The notes under the pieces were generated by a model that saw nothing but the letters and a program-made list of their open reading frames with translations, did not search any database and was not told where the DNA came from. From an uncultured Alphaproteobacteria bacterium (GTDB lineage Bacteria; Pseudomonadota; Alphaproteobacteria; RF32; CAG-239), in contig CALXTP010000010.1 in assembly GCA_944391435.1 (NCBI GenBank), positions 1 through 63,640 on the forward strand: a DNA stretch of 63,640 bases, in the 5' to 3' direction. This document shows positions 26,991-35,768 of this stretch, piece after piece. Position numbers and translations under genes: made by a program. Every line of letters begins with the position of its first letter. The stretch's first letter is position 1.

Positions 26991-28979
26991 TTAAATATCC
27001 AAATCTTCGGCAAATTTAGCCCGTTCAATAATGAATTTGAATCTCTGTTCAGGATCTTTGCCCATCAGCCGTTCAACCTGGCGCCGCGTTTCAAATGCTT
27101 CGTCGCGTCCTTCTTCTGTATTGGTGGAAGGCAGCACGACACGCAGCAAAACACGGTTGTTCTTGTCCATAGTCGTTTCCTTCAGCTGTTGCGCGCTCAT
27201 TTCTCCCAAACCTTTAAAACGGCTGATATCCGGTTTTTGGTTGGCTTTTGCCTTGCTGAGGATTTTATCTTTTTCTTCATCATCCAGCGCATAATAGTTT
27301 TTGCCGCCGAAAACGATTTTATACAGTGGTGGAGTCGCAATAAACAAATGCCCGTTTTCAATTAATTTCGGCATATACTGGTAAAAGAAAGTCATTAACA
27401 GCGAGGTAATATGCGCCCCGTCCACATCGGCATCGGTCATGATGATGATTTTTTCATAGCGCAGGTTTTCATCTTTATAATTATCTTTGGTGCCGCAGCC
27501 GAGCGCTTCAATCATATCTTTGATTTCCTGGTTTTGCGTAATTTTATCCAGGCTGGCGCTTGCCACGTTAAGAATTTTTCCACGCAAAGGCAGGATGGCC
27601 TGCGTCATCCGGTCGCGTCCCTGTTTCGCCGAACCGCCGGCGGAGTCGCCCTCAACAATAAATATTTCCGTATCTTCAGCCGCAGATTTGGAGCAATCGG
27701 CCAATTTGCCGGGTAGGCGCAGCTTTTTTGTTGGCGATTTTCGGTTTTGCACTTTTTCTTCTTTTCTCTTTTTGCGCAATTCTGCCCGTTCCACCACATA
27801 GTCAATCAACGCCTCGGCATTTTCTTTGTCAGAAGATAGCCAGTGGTCAAAAGAATCTTTAACGGCCTTTTCCACCAGATTTGCCGCCTTGGCCGAAGTC
27901 AGCTTGTCTTTTGTTTGCCCCTGAAATTGTGGATCGCGGATAAAAACGGAAAGCATAATCGCCGCATCACTTAAAAAATCCTCAGCTGTCACGCCCGCTG
28001 CCTTTTTGATATTGGCCATATCGGCATATTCTTTAAGGCCTTTGAGCAAAGCCGTGCGGAAACCTTGTTCATGGGTGCCGCCCTGTGGGGTAATGACCGT
28101 GTTGCAATACGAATTGCAAAACCCTTTTTCATCTTCGGGCCATGTAACAGCCCACTCCACCTTGCCTTCATCGCCGGCCAGCTCCGCCTCGCCGGAGAAA
28201 GGCATGCGGTTAATGGTAGTCCGTGCGCCGATTTGATAATTCAAAAAGTCCAGCAGCCCGTTCGGAAAGTTAAATTCCGTTTCTGCAGGAATCCCGTCGG
28301 CGTCATCTAAAAGTTCCGGGGCACATTTCCAGAAAATTCGGATTCCTTTAAATAAAAAAGCCTTGGAACGCGCCATACGGTATATTTTTGCGGGAACAAA
28401 TTTGTTATCGCTGCCAAAAATCTCCTCGTCAGGCAAAAAGGTAATGCTCGTACCGCGGCGGTTGGGGGCGTTTCCGACAAAAACAAGGGGAGAGAGCGGC
28501 CGTCCGCGGGAATATTCCTGCCGGTAAAGTTTTTTGTCGCGTGCCACCTCAACCACCAGCTTTTTGGATAAGGCGTTAACGACCGAAGAGCCGACCCCGT
28601 GCAAACCGCCGGAAACTTTATAGGCATGGCCGCCAAACTTTCCGCCGGAATGCAGGGTGGTAAAAATAACTTCAAGAGCTGATTTTCCCGGATATTTCGG
28701 GTGCTCGTCAACAGGAATGCCCCGTCCGTTGTCGGTAATGGTAACCGATAAATCCGGATTGACGGAAATATCTATCTTGGTGGCATAGCCGGCTACGGCT
28801 TCATCCATGGAATTGTCCAGAATTTCGGCGACCAGATGGTGCAAAGCCTGTTCATCGGTACCGCCGATATACATGCCCGGACGGTGCCTTACCGGATCCA
28901 GCCCTTCCAACACTTCAATATCCCGCGCTGAATATTCCTCCTTGACAGCCGTTGCCGAATTTTCAAACAAATCGCTCAT
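26991..28979 (-). CDS. parE: DNA topoisomerase IV subunit B
   Basis: Contains 'HHLVAEILDNSMDEA' and 'ITDNGRGIPVD' (GHKL ATPase) and 'VEGDSAGGSAKQGRDR' (Toprim). It is 662 aa and lacks the long GyrB insertion. Confidence 0.8.
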   Translation of the reverse strand: MSDLFENSATAVKEEYSARDIEVLEGLDPVRHRPGMYIGGTDEQALHHLVAEILDNSMDEAVAGYATKIDISVNPDLSVTITDNGRGIPVDEHPKYPGKSALEVIFTTLHSGGKFGGHAYKVSGGLHGVGSSVVNALSKKLVVEVARDKKLYRQEYSRGRPLSPLVFVGNAPNRRGTSITFLPDEEIFGSDNKFVPAKIYRMARSKAFLFKGIRIFWKCAPELLDDADGIPAETEFNFPNGLLDFLNYQIGARTTINRMPFSGEAELAGDEGKVEWAVTWPEDEKGFCNSYCNTVITPQGGTHEQGFRTALLKGLKEYADMANIKKAAGVTAEDFLSDAAIMLSVFIRDPQFQGQTKDKLTSAKAANLVEKAVKDSFDHWLSSDKENAEALIDYVVERAELRKKRKEEKVQNRKSPTKKLRLPGKLADCSKSAAEDTEIFIVEGDSAGGSAKQGRDRMTQAILPLRGKILNVASASLDKITQNQEIKDMIEALGCGTKDNYKDENLRYEKIIIMTDADVDGAHITSLLMTFFYQYMPKLIENGHLFIATPPLYKIVFGGKNYYALDDEEKDKILSKAKANQKPDISRFKGLGEMSAQQLKETTMDKNNRVLLRVVLPSTNTEEGRDEAFETRRQVERLMGKDPEQRFKFIIERAKFAEDLDI

Positions 28980-29195
28980 GTTTTCCCCTGATGTTCAGGC
29001 CTTTTGATAGCCGTTATTCTTAAAAAATCTTCCCTGAAACATACAAAATAAAAAGGATAAACACAAGCAAATTTTCCGAATATTAAACAGAAAAAGCCCG
29101 TATCGCAAAAAAAACTTTGCATAATTAAACAAAAAACTTGTATTCTGTCAAAAAACGTGTTAAATATATCTCGGATTTTAAATTTTTAAGATATT

Positions 29196-29903
29196 ATGTC
29201 AAGAGGACCAATGTCTGCCCGCATCAATCAGATTGATGCCGCAGGGAATTTTCACGTTTTCAACGTGGAGCTGTTAAATGAGCATTGCTACGGCAAGGCG
29301 GAAGTATTCAAATTGCCGCAAACGGAGGTAACGGGGCGTTTGCAAAAAGGCGATGTCGTTACCTACTATTATGCTGAAGATTTTGCCGGAAGCGCAATAG
29401 GTGAAGATGGCAAAATTTTTTGGCCGCGTGAGAGCCGGGGTGAAGAAAGGGTTGTTCTCCTGTTCAAATGCGCATCAGATGAGGAAAATTTTCCCCGGCC
29501 CGAAGAGAGGGTTCTCTGGTTGGATAAGGGGGAAAGGCTGTTGACGCTGGATCATCTGCCTCGTCTGGTCGAGATTTTGCTGGAAGTTTCTCCTTATTAC
29601 GACAGGCGCCGTTCCGCAGTTGAAAAGTCTTTGGACGTATTGGAATTATCGCAGGATCCGGAAACGATTGATGCGCTGTTTTCCATTCGTCCGGAAAAGC
29701 TGGATGTACTGCTTGGCGGCAAGGATATGCTGTTTGCCGTGCAAATTGCCGATGCTCTGTTGTATCTCGCATCGCTCGGTGCCGATTTTGAACATCCGCG
29801 CCGCCGCGAGCTGAGACAGATTCTGTCATTGGCCGTTTTTCACGGCACATCGGAAAAAGCGGTAAGGGAATACATTGATTCTTATTACCGCGAGCTGTCT
29901 TGA
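29196..29903 (+). CDS. Hypothetical protein (235 aa)
   Basis: Open frame with a TTGTAT-17-TAAATA promoter-like element upstream and a terminator downstream. An alternative ATG lies at 29211. No family recognised. Confidence 0.5.
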   Translation: MSRGPMSARINQIDAAGNFHVFNVELLNEHCYGKAEVFKLPQTEVTGRLQKGDVVTYYYAEDFAGSAIGEDGKIFWPRESRGEERVVLLFKCASDEENFPRPEERVLWLDKGERLLTLDHLPRLVEILLEVSPYYDRRRSAVEKSLDVLELSQDPETIDALFSIRPEKLDVLLGGKDMLFAVQIADALLYLASLGADFEHPRRRELRQILSLAVFHGTSEKAVREYIDSYYRELS

Positions 29904-29925
29904 TAGCGGCAAAGAACAGTTAAAG

Positions 29926-29966
29926 AAAAGCTTTCCTTCTTTCAAAGAGGGGAAGCTTTTTCTTTT
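29926..29966 (+). terminator. Intrinsic terminator
   Basis: Stem AAAAGCT(T)TCC/GGAAGCTTTT with one bulge, followed by a T-run. Confidence 0.6.
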
Positions 29967-30033
29967 TGGGGGAAGGGTAACCGGAGGATGGCTGCAAACG
30001 GGCATTTTTTTGCCGAAAAAACAAAAAAAACTC

Positions 30034-30062
30034 TTGCAAAATAAATATTTTAACATTATAAA
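30034..30062 (+). promoter_or_regulatory. Sigma70-like promoter of rpsB-tsf
   Basis: TTGCAA (30034-30039), a 17-nt spacer, then TATAAA (30057-30062). This predicts a ~150-nt leader. Confidence 0.5.
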
Positions 30063-30217
30063 AACAACGAAACGGCAATCACGCCGTTTTTTAATTCACA
30101 CGCAGGCAGGCGTCGGCATATTTGGCTTACGGGCAAAAGATGCCTCACGCTCCGGTGCTTAAGAGATTAAGCCGAGGTCCTGCGGAGGTTTAACCGGAAA
30201 ATAAGGAAAAATAAAAT

Positions 30218-30997
30218 ATGACACTTCCTACTTTTACATTGCGTCAGCTTGTTGAAGCCGGCGTACATTTCGGACACCACGCCCGTCGTTGGAATCCGCA
30301 AATGGCTCCGTATATATATGGCAAAAAAGATAACGTTCACATCATTGATTTGCAAAAGACTTACCCGATGCTCTATACGGCCTTGTCCGTAGCCCGCGAC
30401 GTGGCAGCCAAGGGCGGCAAAGTTTTATTTGTTGCCACCAAGCGCCAGGCGCAGGACATTGTTAAGGAAAGTGCGGAAAGATGTGGGCAGTATTATGTTA
30501 ACTATCGTTGGCTCGGCGGTATGCTGACCAACTGGAAAACGGTTAACAAATCCATCAACCGTCTCGTTAAATTAAACGAAATGGAAGAAAAGAATGCCTA
30601 TGACGGCTATACCAAAAAAGAAATGCAGAATATCAAGAAAGAACAGCACAAATTGGCTCTTTCTCTGGACGGCATCAAAAATATGGGCGGTCAGCCGGAC
30701 TTGTTGTTTGTGATTGACACGCCGAAAGAAGCATTGGCGATTAAAGAAGCCAAAAAGCTTGGTATTCCCGTAATCGGCATTACGGACACAAATGCCAACC
30801 CGAACGACGTGGATTATCCGGTTCCGGGCAATGACGATGCGATTCGCGCCATTCAGATGTATTGTGAATTGATTTCATCTGCCATTCTGGATGGTATGCA
30901 GGCAGAGGTTGCCGCTCAGGGCGTCAAAGTTGACGAAGCGGTTAATGCTGCGGCAAACGAGGCATTTGCCGAAAATAAAGAAGTGGAAAACGCTTAA
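30218..30997 (+). CDS. rpsB: 30S ribosomal protein S2
   Basis: Contains 'LVEAGVHFGHHARRWNPQMAPYIYG'. 259 aa. Confidence 0.97.
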   Translation: MTLPTFTLRQLVEAGVHFGHHARRWNPQMAPYIYGKKDNVHIIDLQKTYPMLYTALSVARDVAAKGGKVLFVATKRQAQDIVKESAERCGQYYVNYRWLGGMLTNWKTVNKSINRLVKLNEMEEKNAYDGYTKKEMQNIKKEQHKLALSLDGIKNMGGQPDLLFVIDTPKEALAIKEAKKLGIPVIGITDTNANPNDVDYPVPGNDDAIRAIQMYCELISSAILDGMQAEVAAQGVKVDEAVNAAANEAFAENKEVENA

Positions 30998-31022
30998 AAT
31001 TAAACAGGCGTTTCAGCAAAAA

Positions 31023-31062
31023 GGGAGGCAGCCGCGCGCTGCCCCCGGGTTTTTGTTTTTTT
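31023..31062 (+). terminator. Hairpin plus T-run between rpsB and tsf (partial terminator/attenuator)
   Basis: GGCAGC-cgcgc-GCTGCC, flanked by GGG/CCC, then TTTTTGTTTTTTT. Confidence 0.55.
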
Positions 31063-31087
31063 AGAATATCAGACAAGGGGAATAGTA

Positions 31088-32020
31088 ATGGCAGAAATTA
31101 CCGCAAGCATGGTAAAAAGTTTAAGAGAAACCTCCGGTGCCGGTATGTTGGATTGTAAAAAGGCTCTGGTAGAAACAAATGGCAATATGGAAGAAGCGAT
31201 AGACTGGCTTCGCAAAAAAGGTTTGGCCTCTGCTGCCAAAAAAGCCGGGCGTATTGCGGCAGAAGGGCTGGTTTCCGTTTGTGTTGAAGGCAATGCCGGC
31301 GCTGTTGTGGAAGTTAATTCCGAAACGGACTTTGTTGCCAAAAATGAAATCTTTCAAAATTATGTGGAAAACGCTGCCAAGGCCGCTTTGGCTGTTAAAG
31401 GCGATTTAGATGCGTTGAAATCTTATGTATGTCCGGAAACCGGCAAAGAAATGGGCACGATTTTAACCGATATGATTGCTAAAATCGGCGAAAATATGAA
31501 TCTGCGCCGTGCGGCATATCTGGGCGTGGACAACGGCGTCATCTGTTCTTATATTCATAACAGCGTCCGCAGCAATTTGGGCAAGATTGGCGTGTTGGTT
31601 GCGGTTGAAGGTACTGCCGATAAAGCCAAAATGCAGGAACTGGGCAAGCATATTGCGATGCACATTGCCGCCACCAACCCGATTGCGATGACGATTGCCG
31701 AAGTTCCGGCATCCGCCGTTGAGCATGAAAAGTCCATTTTCAGCGAACAGGCTCTGGCTTCCGGCAAACCGGCAAATATCGTTGAAAAAATGGTAGAAGG
31801 CCGCATCCGCAAATACTATGAAGAAGTTGTTTTGGAAGAACAGGCTTACATTATGGATCCGGATAAGAAGGTGAAAAATGTTGTTGCCGACTTTGCCAAA
31901 GAAAATAACACCGAAATTAAGCTCGGCGGTTTTGTATGCTTCAAGCTGGGTGAAGGCCTGCAGAAGAAAGAAGAAGATTTTGCTGCCGAAGTGGCTGCAC
32001 AGTTGGGCAAATCCGCTTAA
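31088..32020 (+). CDS. tsf: Translation elongation factor Ts
   Basis: Contains 'ITASMVKSLRETSGAGMLDCKKAL'. 310 aa. Follows rpsB. Confidence 0.97.
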   Translation: MAEITASMVKSLRETSGAGMLDCKKALVETNGNMEEAIDWLRKKGLASAAKKAGRIAAEGLVSVCVEGNAGAVVEVNSETDFVAKNEIFQNYVENAAKAALAVKGDLDALKSYVCPETGKEMGTILTDMIAKIGENMNLRRAAYLGVDNGVICSYIHNSVRSNLGKIGVLVAVEGTADKAKMQELGKHIAMHIAATNPIAMTIAEVPASAVEHEKSIFSEQALASGKPANIVEKMVEGRIRKYYEEVVLEEQAYIMDPDKKVKNVVADFAKENNTEIKLGGFVCFKLGEGLQKKEEDFAAEVAAQLGKSA

Positions 32021-32069
32021 ATACGGTAATCGGCAAAAGATTCTTCATAAATATTTAAGAAAAAGCAAT

Positions 32070-32102
32070 CCGCCGGTTGTTAGCCGGCGGGTTCCTTTTT
32101 TT
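32070..32102 (+). terminator. Intrinsic terminator of tsf
   Basis: Stem CCGCCGG/CCGGCGG followed by GTTCCTTTTTTT. It overlaps the stop codon of the convergent orphan gene. Confidence 0.6.
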
Positions 32103-33150
32103 ACTTGTAAAAGTAAAGTTCAATTGTTTTCTGAGTATCAGGCAGTTTGAAAAGTCCTGTGCAAAGTTCTATATCAAATTTACAAATGGTTGCTTCAATT
32201 TCCTGTTCTGACAGAGGAAACCAGCACAAGCAATCACCATCTTTTGCAAATTTGCAGGTCTTAACGTTTGGGTTACCCAGCAACTTACCATATTTGCATA
32301 CTCCTGGACATCCTGTTTCATTTTTGTTTTTTAGCCGAGAGTTTTCTGACTCAGTGCAACCATTAATTTTAAATATATTCCCTTCAGAATCAATATCAAC
32401 AGAAATAAAATATGGATTCGAATCGTCCTCAAAATATACTTTCTCCGCAATAAGTGCAATTTTACAGACAGTCACTTCGCCGGAATCATCTGGTTGGTAG
32501 ATGGCTTTATTTCCAAAGACGATTTTCTTTACCCTATACTGTTTCAGACAATAAGGAGAACAAAGCAATTCCACATCTTGCCGCTTGACACTTTCCACAC
32601 AGGCATTGAATATCTTTCGCAGTATTTGACATTTTTGTTCGTCCGTCAACTCTTTGGCGCAATATGCAGCATCCAGTTCTGCGGCCGAGAGCGGGCGGCA
32701 AAGATATTGTATGCCGTATTTAGAATCTTGCCAAAGATGTGCCGGTGCAACATCTGTAACGGCAAATTGTTCTTCCAAAGACCCAAAACAACTTGCGAAC
32801 TGCGAAAGATCATAATTGCAGGTACGGAAGATGATTCCGTCATCGGTAATGAGAGTGTAATATCTTTCAAACGGTACATTCCACACTTCCCACACTTTTT
32901 GTTGATTAGGTGCGAGTTCCCACAAAGATGCACTCTGATATTCATGTCTTCCCCTTGCTTTATTCCAGATATAAACCGGCATCCCATTGGAGCTGCCGAT
33001 TTTGGTAACGGTTCCGGCCAGAGTGGCTTTTGCAAGATTTTTCTTACACTCCGCAATCAATGCATCAGAAGAAGATGTTTGCAGGGAAGATACTCTCTCT
33101 CTCAGACTTTCCCAAAAATTCCAAGATTTTTTCAGCGTTTTCATTTTCAT
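32101..33150 (-). CDS. Hypothetical Cys-rich cytoplasmic protein (about 350 aa), AT-rich gene
   Basis: The start is set at ATG 33150 ('MKMKTLKKSW'), because the longer ORF would overlap the sirtuin gene and its terminator. It has 18 Cys, including 'CPGVCKYGKLLGNPNVKTCKFAKDGDCLCW'. No signal peptide and no family recognised. Confidence 0.55.
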   Translation of the reverse strand: MKMKTLKKSWNFWESLRERVSSLQTSSSDALIAECKKNLAKATLAGTVTKIGSSNGMPVYIWNKARGRHEYQSASLWELAPNQQKVWEVWNVPFERYYTLITDDGIIFRTCNYDLSQFASCFGSLEEQFAVTDVAPAHLWQDSKYGIQYLCRPLSAAELDAAYCAKELTDEQKCQILRKIFNACVESVKRQDVELLCSPYCLKQYRVKKIVFGNKAIYQPDDSGEVTVCKIALIAEKVYFEDDSNPYFISVDIDSEGNIFKINGCTESENSRLKNKNETGCPGVCKYGKLLGNPNVKTCKFAKDGDCLCWFPLSEQEIEATICKFDIELCTGLFKLPDTQKTIELYFYK

Positions 33151-33290
33151 AATAATAAAATTTGCGAAACAAAACCATTCAGGTTTTATTTCAATTAAAC
33201 ATAAATTAACCTCTCTAATAATTTTTTTGAATAATATAAGTTTTCTAGCTAAAAAGTATCTTATTGGAGTAATTTTGTCAAGTTTTTTGC

Positions 33291-33327
33291 AAAAAAAATC
33301 CCTCGGCTGTGGCCGGGGGACTTTTTT
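33291..33327 (-). terminator. Terminator after the first cobB-like gene
   Basis: Stem CCCTCGG/CCGGGGG (one mismatch), flanked by an A8 run and a T6 run, so it could work in both directions. Confidence 0.45.
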
Positions 33328-33331
33328 GCTT

Positions 33332-34054
33332 TCAGCGTTTTTCTGAAGCCAGGGTGCGAAGCTTTGCCGTGAACGCTGGCAGGGTTTGACTGATTTTACC
33401 CAAAATAACCGTATCAAAATAACGATAGTTTTGAGGCGGTGTCAGATTTAGAGCAACGGTTTCTGCTCCGTTTAGTTTTGCTTCTTGAACAAAAACGGAT
33501 GCCGGCGGAATTTCTCCCGACGTTCCCGCCGCAATGAACAAATCGGCATTTCTTAAGAGCTGTTTAATTTGCCGTTCACAAAAAACAGGTTCATTAAACA
33601 AAACAATATTGGGGCGGACAACGCCTGTTCGTCCGCATGCCGGGCAGGGCGTATCTGCTGCGATATCCTCCCATGTTTCCCAAACCGTATCGCAATCCTG
33701 GCAGCGAACCTGATTGATTTGCCCATGGATATGAAAGATATCGCCACTCTGTGCCCGTTCGTGCAGGGTATCCAGATTTTGCGTAATAATAGACACCTCG
33801 CCCGGATACGATTTTTGCAGTTCGGTCAAAGCAATATGTGCGGTATTGGGGTTTGCGCCGGCCATTTCCCGCCGCAACCGGTTGTAAAAATCCAGCAGGT
33901 TATCCCGGTTATCGTCCAAAGCCGCATGGGATGCTATATCCTCAATCTTGCAGCCATTCCACAGCCCGCCGTTGCCGCGAAAAGTGGCAAGCCCGGATTC
34001 GGCAGAAAAGCCCGCTCCGGTCAAAAAAACGATGTGATGATAAATTTTTGCCAT
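33332..34054 (-). CDS. cobB: NAD-dependent protein deacylase (Sir2/CobB family)
   Basis: Contains 'VFLTGAGFSAESGLATFRG', 'TQNLDTLHERA' and 'HIHG', plus the Zn-ribbon Cys pairs 'CQDC...CPAC'. 240 aa. Confidence 0.88.
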   Translation of the reverse strand: MAKIYHHIVFLTGAGFSAESGLATFRGNGGLWNGCKIEDIASHAALDDNRDNLLDFYNRLRREMAGANPNTAHIALTELQKSYPGEVSIITQNLDTLHERAQSGDIFHIHGQINQVRCQDCDTVWETWEDIAADTPCPACGRTGVVRPNIVLFNEPVFCERQIKQLLRNADLFIAAGTSGEIPPASVFVQEAKLNGAETVALNLTPPQNYRYFDTVILGKISQTLPAFTAKLRTLASEKR

Positions 34055-34286
34055 AAGATGTGATTTTTTTTATGAGGTTCGGTCCTTGGCCTAATCCTGC
34101 GTTGCAAAATTATAAAAAAATAATGGAACAGATAAATACTCAGACAATGAAAATATACAAAATTATGCCGTCTTGTCAACCCGTCGGTCTGAATATTTCG
34201 GGGTTATTTGCCTGTAAAATTTGACATCTTTTTTTTAAGGCTTAAACTTTCCGTCGCTAAACAAAATAAAAAAGAGGGCAAGAAAA

Positions 34287-35222
34287 ATGTTATTTGCAAA
34301 AGCAGCAATTTTGGGTATCGGCTTAATCGGTTCGTCATTAGCCAGAAATTTAAAGCAAAACGGCGATGTGGGGGAATTATCCGTGTACGATTCGGATGAG
34401 GGGCATCTTGCCGAAGCGCGCCGCCTCGGATTGGCGGATGTATATGAAAATACGCCGGAAGCCGCCGTAAAAGATGCGGATATCATCATTTTTGCTACGC
34501 CTGTTTGCGCGTTTGGCGCATTGGCGCGGCAAATAGCCCCGTATGTCAAAAGAGGCGTTATTATTACGGATGTCGGCTCGGTCAAACAATACAGCTTGCG
34601 GGAGATGGAAAAATATCTGGACAAATCGCACGGGCAAGTTGTTGTCGGCGGCCATCCGGTTGCCGGAACGGAAAAATCCGGCCCCGAAAACGGGTTTGCG
34701 TCGCTGTTCAAAGGGCGTTGGTGCATATTGACACCGGATGAAAATTCCACTCCGGAAGCCGTTAGCCTGATTACAAAAATGTGGGAGCGTTGCGGTATGA
34801 AAGTGGATACCATGGATGCGGCACATCATGATAAAGTCATGGCGGCCGTATCGCACCTGCCGCAGCTGATTGCCTATTCCATTGTGGGGACGGTGGCCGA
34901 TTTGGAAGGTTACGAACACAAAGAAATCATCAAATATTCCGCGGGCGGCTTTCGCGATTTTACCCGTATTGCCGGTTCAGACCCGACCATGTGGCGCGAT
35001 ATTTTCTTAACCAACAAGCAGACTGTTCTGGAGTTGATACAGCGTTTTGTAGAAGACCTTATTGCGCTGGAGCGTAACATTCGCTGGGACGAGGGGGACA
35101 AGCTTTTTAATCTGTTTAAACGTACGCAAAAAATCCGCAAAGACGTTATAGAGGCTCGCCAAGACCAGCCGGAACATGAAAAACGCATATTGGAAGAATT
35201 GCAAAATAAAACTAAAATTTAG
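34287..35222 (+). CDS. tyrC: Prephenate/arogenate (cyclohexadienyl) dehydrogenase
   Basis: Rossmann motif 'ILGIGLIGSSLA', plus 'GGHPVAGTEKSG' and 'HDKVMAAVSHLPQL'. Confidence 0.85.
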   Translation: MLFAKAAILGIGLIGSSLARNLKQNGDVGELSVYDSDEGHLAEARRLGLADVYENTPEAAVKDADIIIFATPVCAFGALARQIAPYVKRGVIITDVGSVKQYSLREMEKYLDKSHGQVVVGGHPVAGTEKSGPENGFASLFKGRWCILTPDENSTPEAVSLITKMWERCGMKVDTMDAAHHDKVMAAVSHLPQLIAYSIVGTVADLEGYEHKEIIKYSAGGFRDFTRIAGSDPTMWRDIFLTNKQTVLELIQRFVEDLIALERNIRWDEGDKLFNLFKRTQKIRKDVIEARQDQPEHEKRILEELQNKTKI

Positions 35223-35252
35223 AGCTCCGCCGCTGCGCGGCCGTGAAAAATA

Positions 35253-35280
35253 TTGACAACCGAAAATAATACACTAAATT
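35253..35280 (+). promoter_or_regulatory. Sigma70-like promoter candidate
   Basis: TTGACA, a 16-nt spacer, then TAAATT, 36 nt upstream of ATG 35316. Confidence 0.45.
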
Positions 35281-35315
35281 AAACGCAATGGTAAAATCTA
35301 TGAGGAGATAGGGTA

Positions 35316-35765
35316 ATGACTAAAAGGTTTTTAGGTGCGGCAATGGGCGCTTTGCTGCTTGCCGGCTGTGCGGATAACATCAATTCTGATTACTATTCCG
35401 TCAACCAGACGGGCAAAGTATCAACAGTTTCCCAGTGTACGGTATTGAGCGTCCGCGCCGTTAATGTCAACACGGATTCTGGTGCCGGCACGCTGATTGG
35501 CGGTTTGGCAGGCGGTGTTGCCGGGTCAACGATTGGCGGTGACAGCACGGCGCATGCGCTGGGTGCGGTCGGCGGTGCGCTGCTGGGCGGTTTGGCCGGG
35601 AGCGCAGTGGAAAAAGGCGTTAACTCGCAGACCGGTTTGGAATATATCGTCAAGCTGGATAACGGCCAGGTCATCAGCGTAACCCAGGGGACGGGGCAGG
35701 CGCTCGGCGTCGGTCAGCGTTGTTTGGTTTTGTTCGGCAGCACCACGCGCGTTATTGCACAATAG
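35316..35765 (+). CDS. Glycine-zipper outer-membrane lipoprotein (17-kDa surface antigen-like)
   Basis: Lipobox 'LLLAGC' and Gly-zipper repeats 'GGLAGGVAGSTIGG' and 'GAVGGALLGGLAGS'. Confidence 0.8.
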   Translation: MTKRFLGAAMGALLLAGCADNINSDYYSVNQTGKVSTVSQCTVLSVRAVNVNTDSGAGTLIGGLAGGVAGSTIGGDSTAHALGAVGGALLGGLAGSAVEKGVNSQTGLEYIVKLDNGQVISVTQGTGQALGVGQRCLVLFGSTTRVIAQ

Positions 35766-35768
35766 AAG

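Noticed and set aside
32415-32430. 'ggattcgaatcg' T-loop-like motif suggesting a tRNA
   Set aside because: The flanking sequence cannot form acceptor or anticodon stems, and the motif lies inside the orphan CDS.
32494-33198. 234-aa ORF antisense to the AT-rich orphan gene
   Set aside because: The minus-strand frame is longer and ends at the tsf terminator. It also has a plausible start with an AT-rich promoter region. The plus-strand frame has no RBS and would run into tsf-convergent sequence. The strand choice for this orphan is still less certain than for conserved genes.
33151-33417. Longer start for the Cys-rich orphan (438-aa version)
   Set aside because: It would overlap the cobB-like gene's 3' end and read through its terminator hairpin. 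The extra residues look non-coding (Lys/Phe/Ile-rich from AT-rich DNA).
34235-34919. Two long minus-strand ORFs (192 and 180 aa) over tyrC
   Set aside because: They are antisense to a CDS with clear Rossmann and prephenate-dehydrogenase motifs, so they are shadow ORFs.
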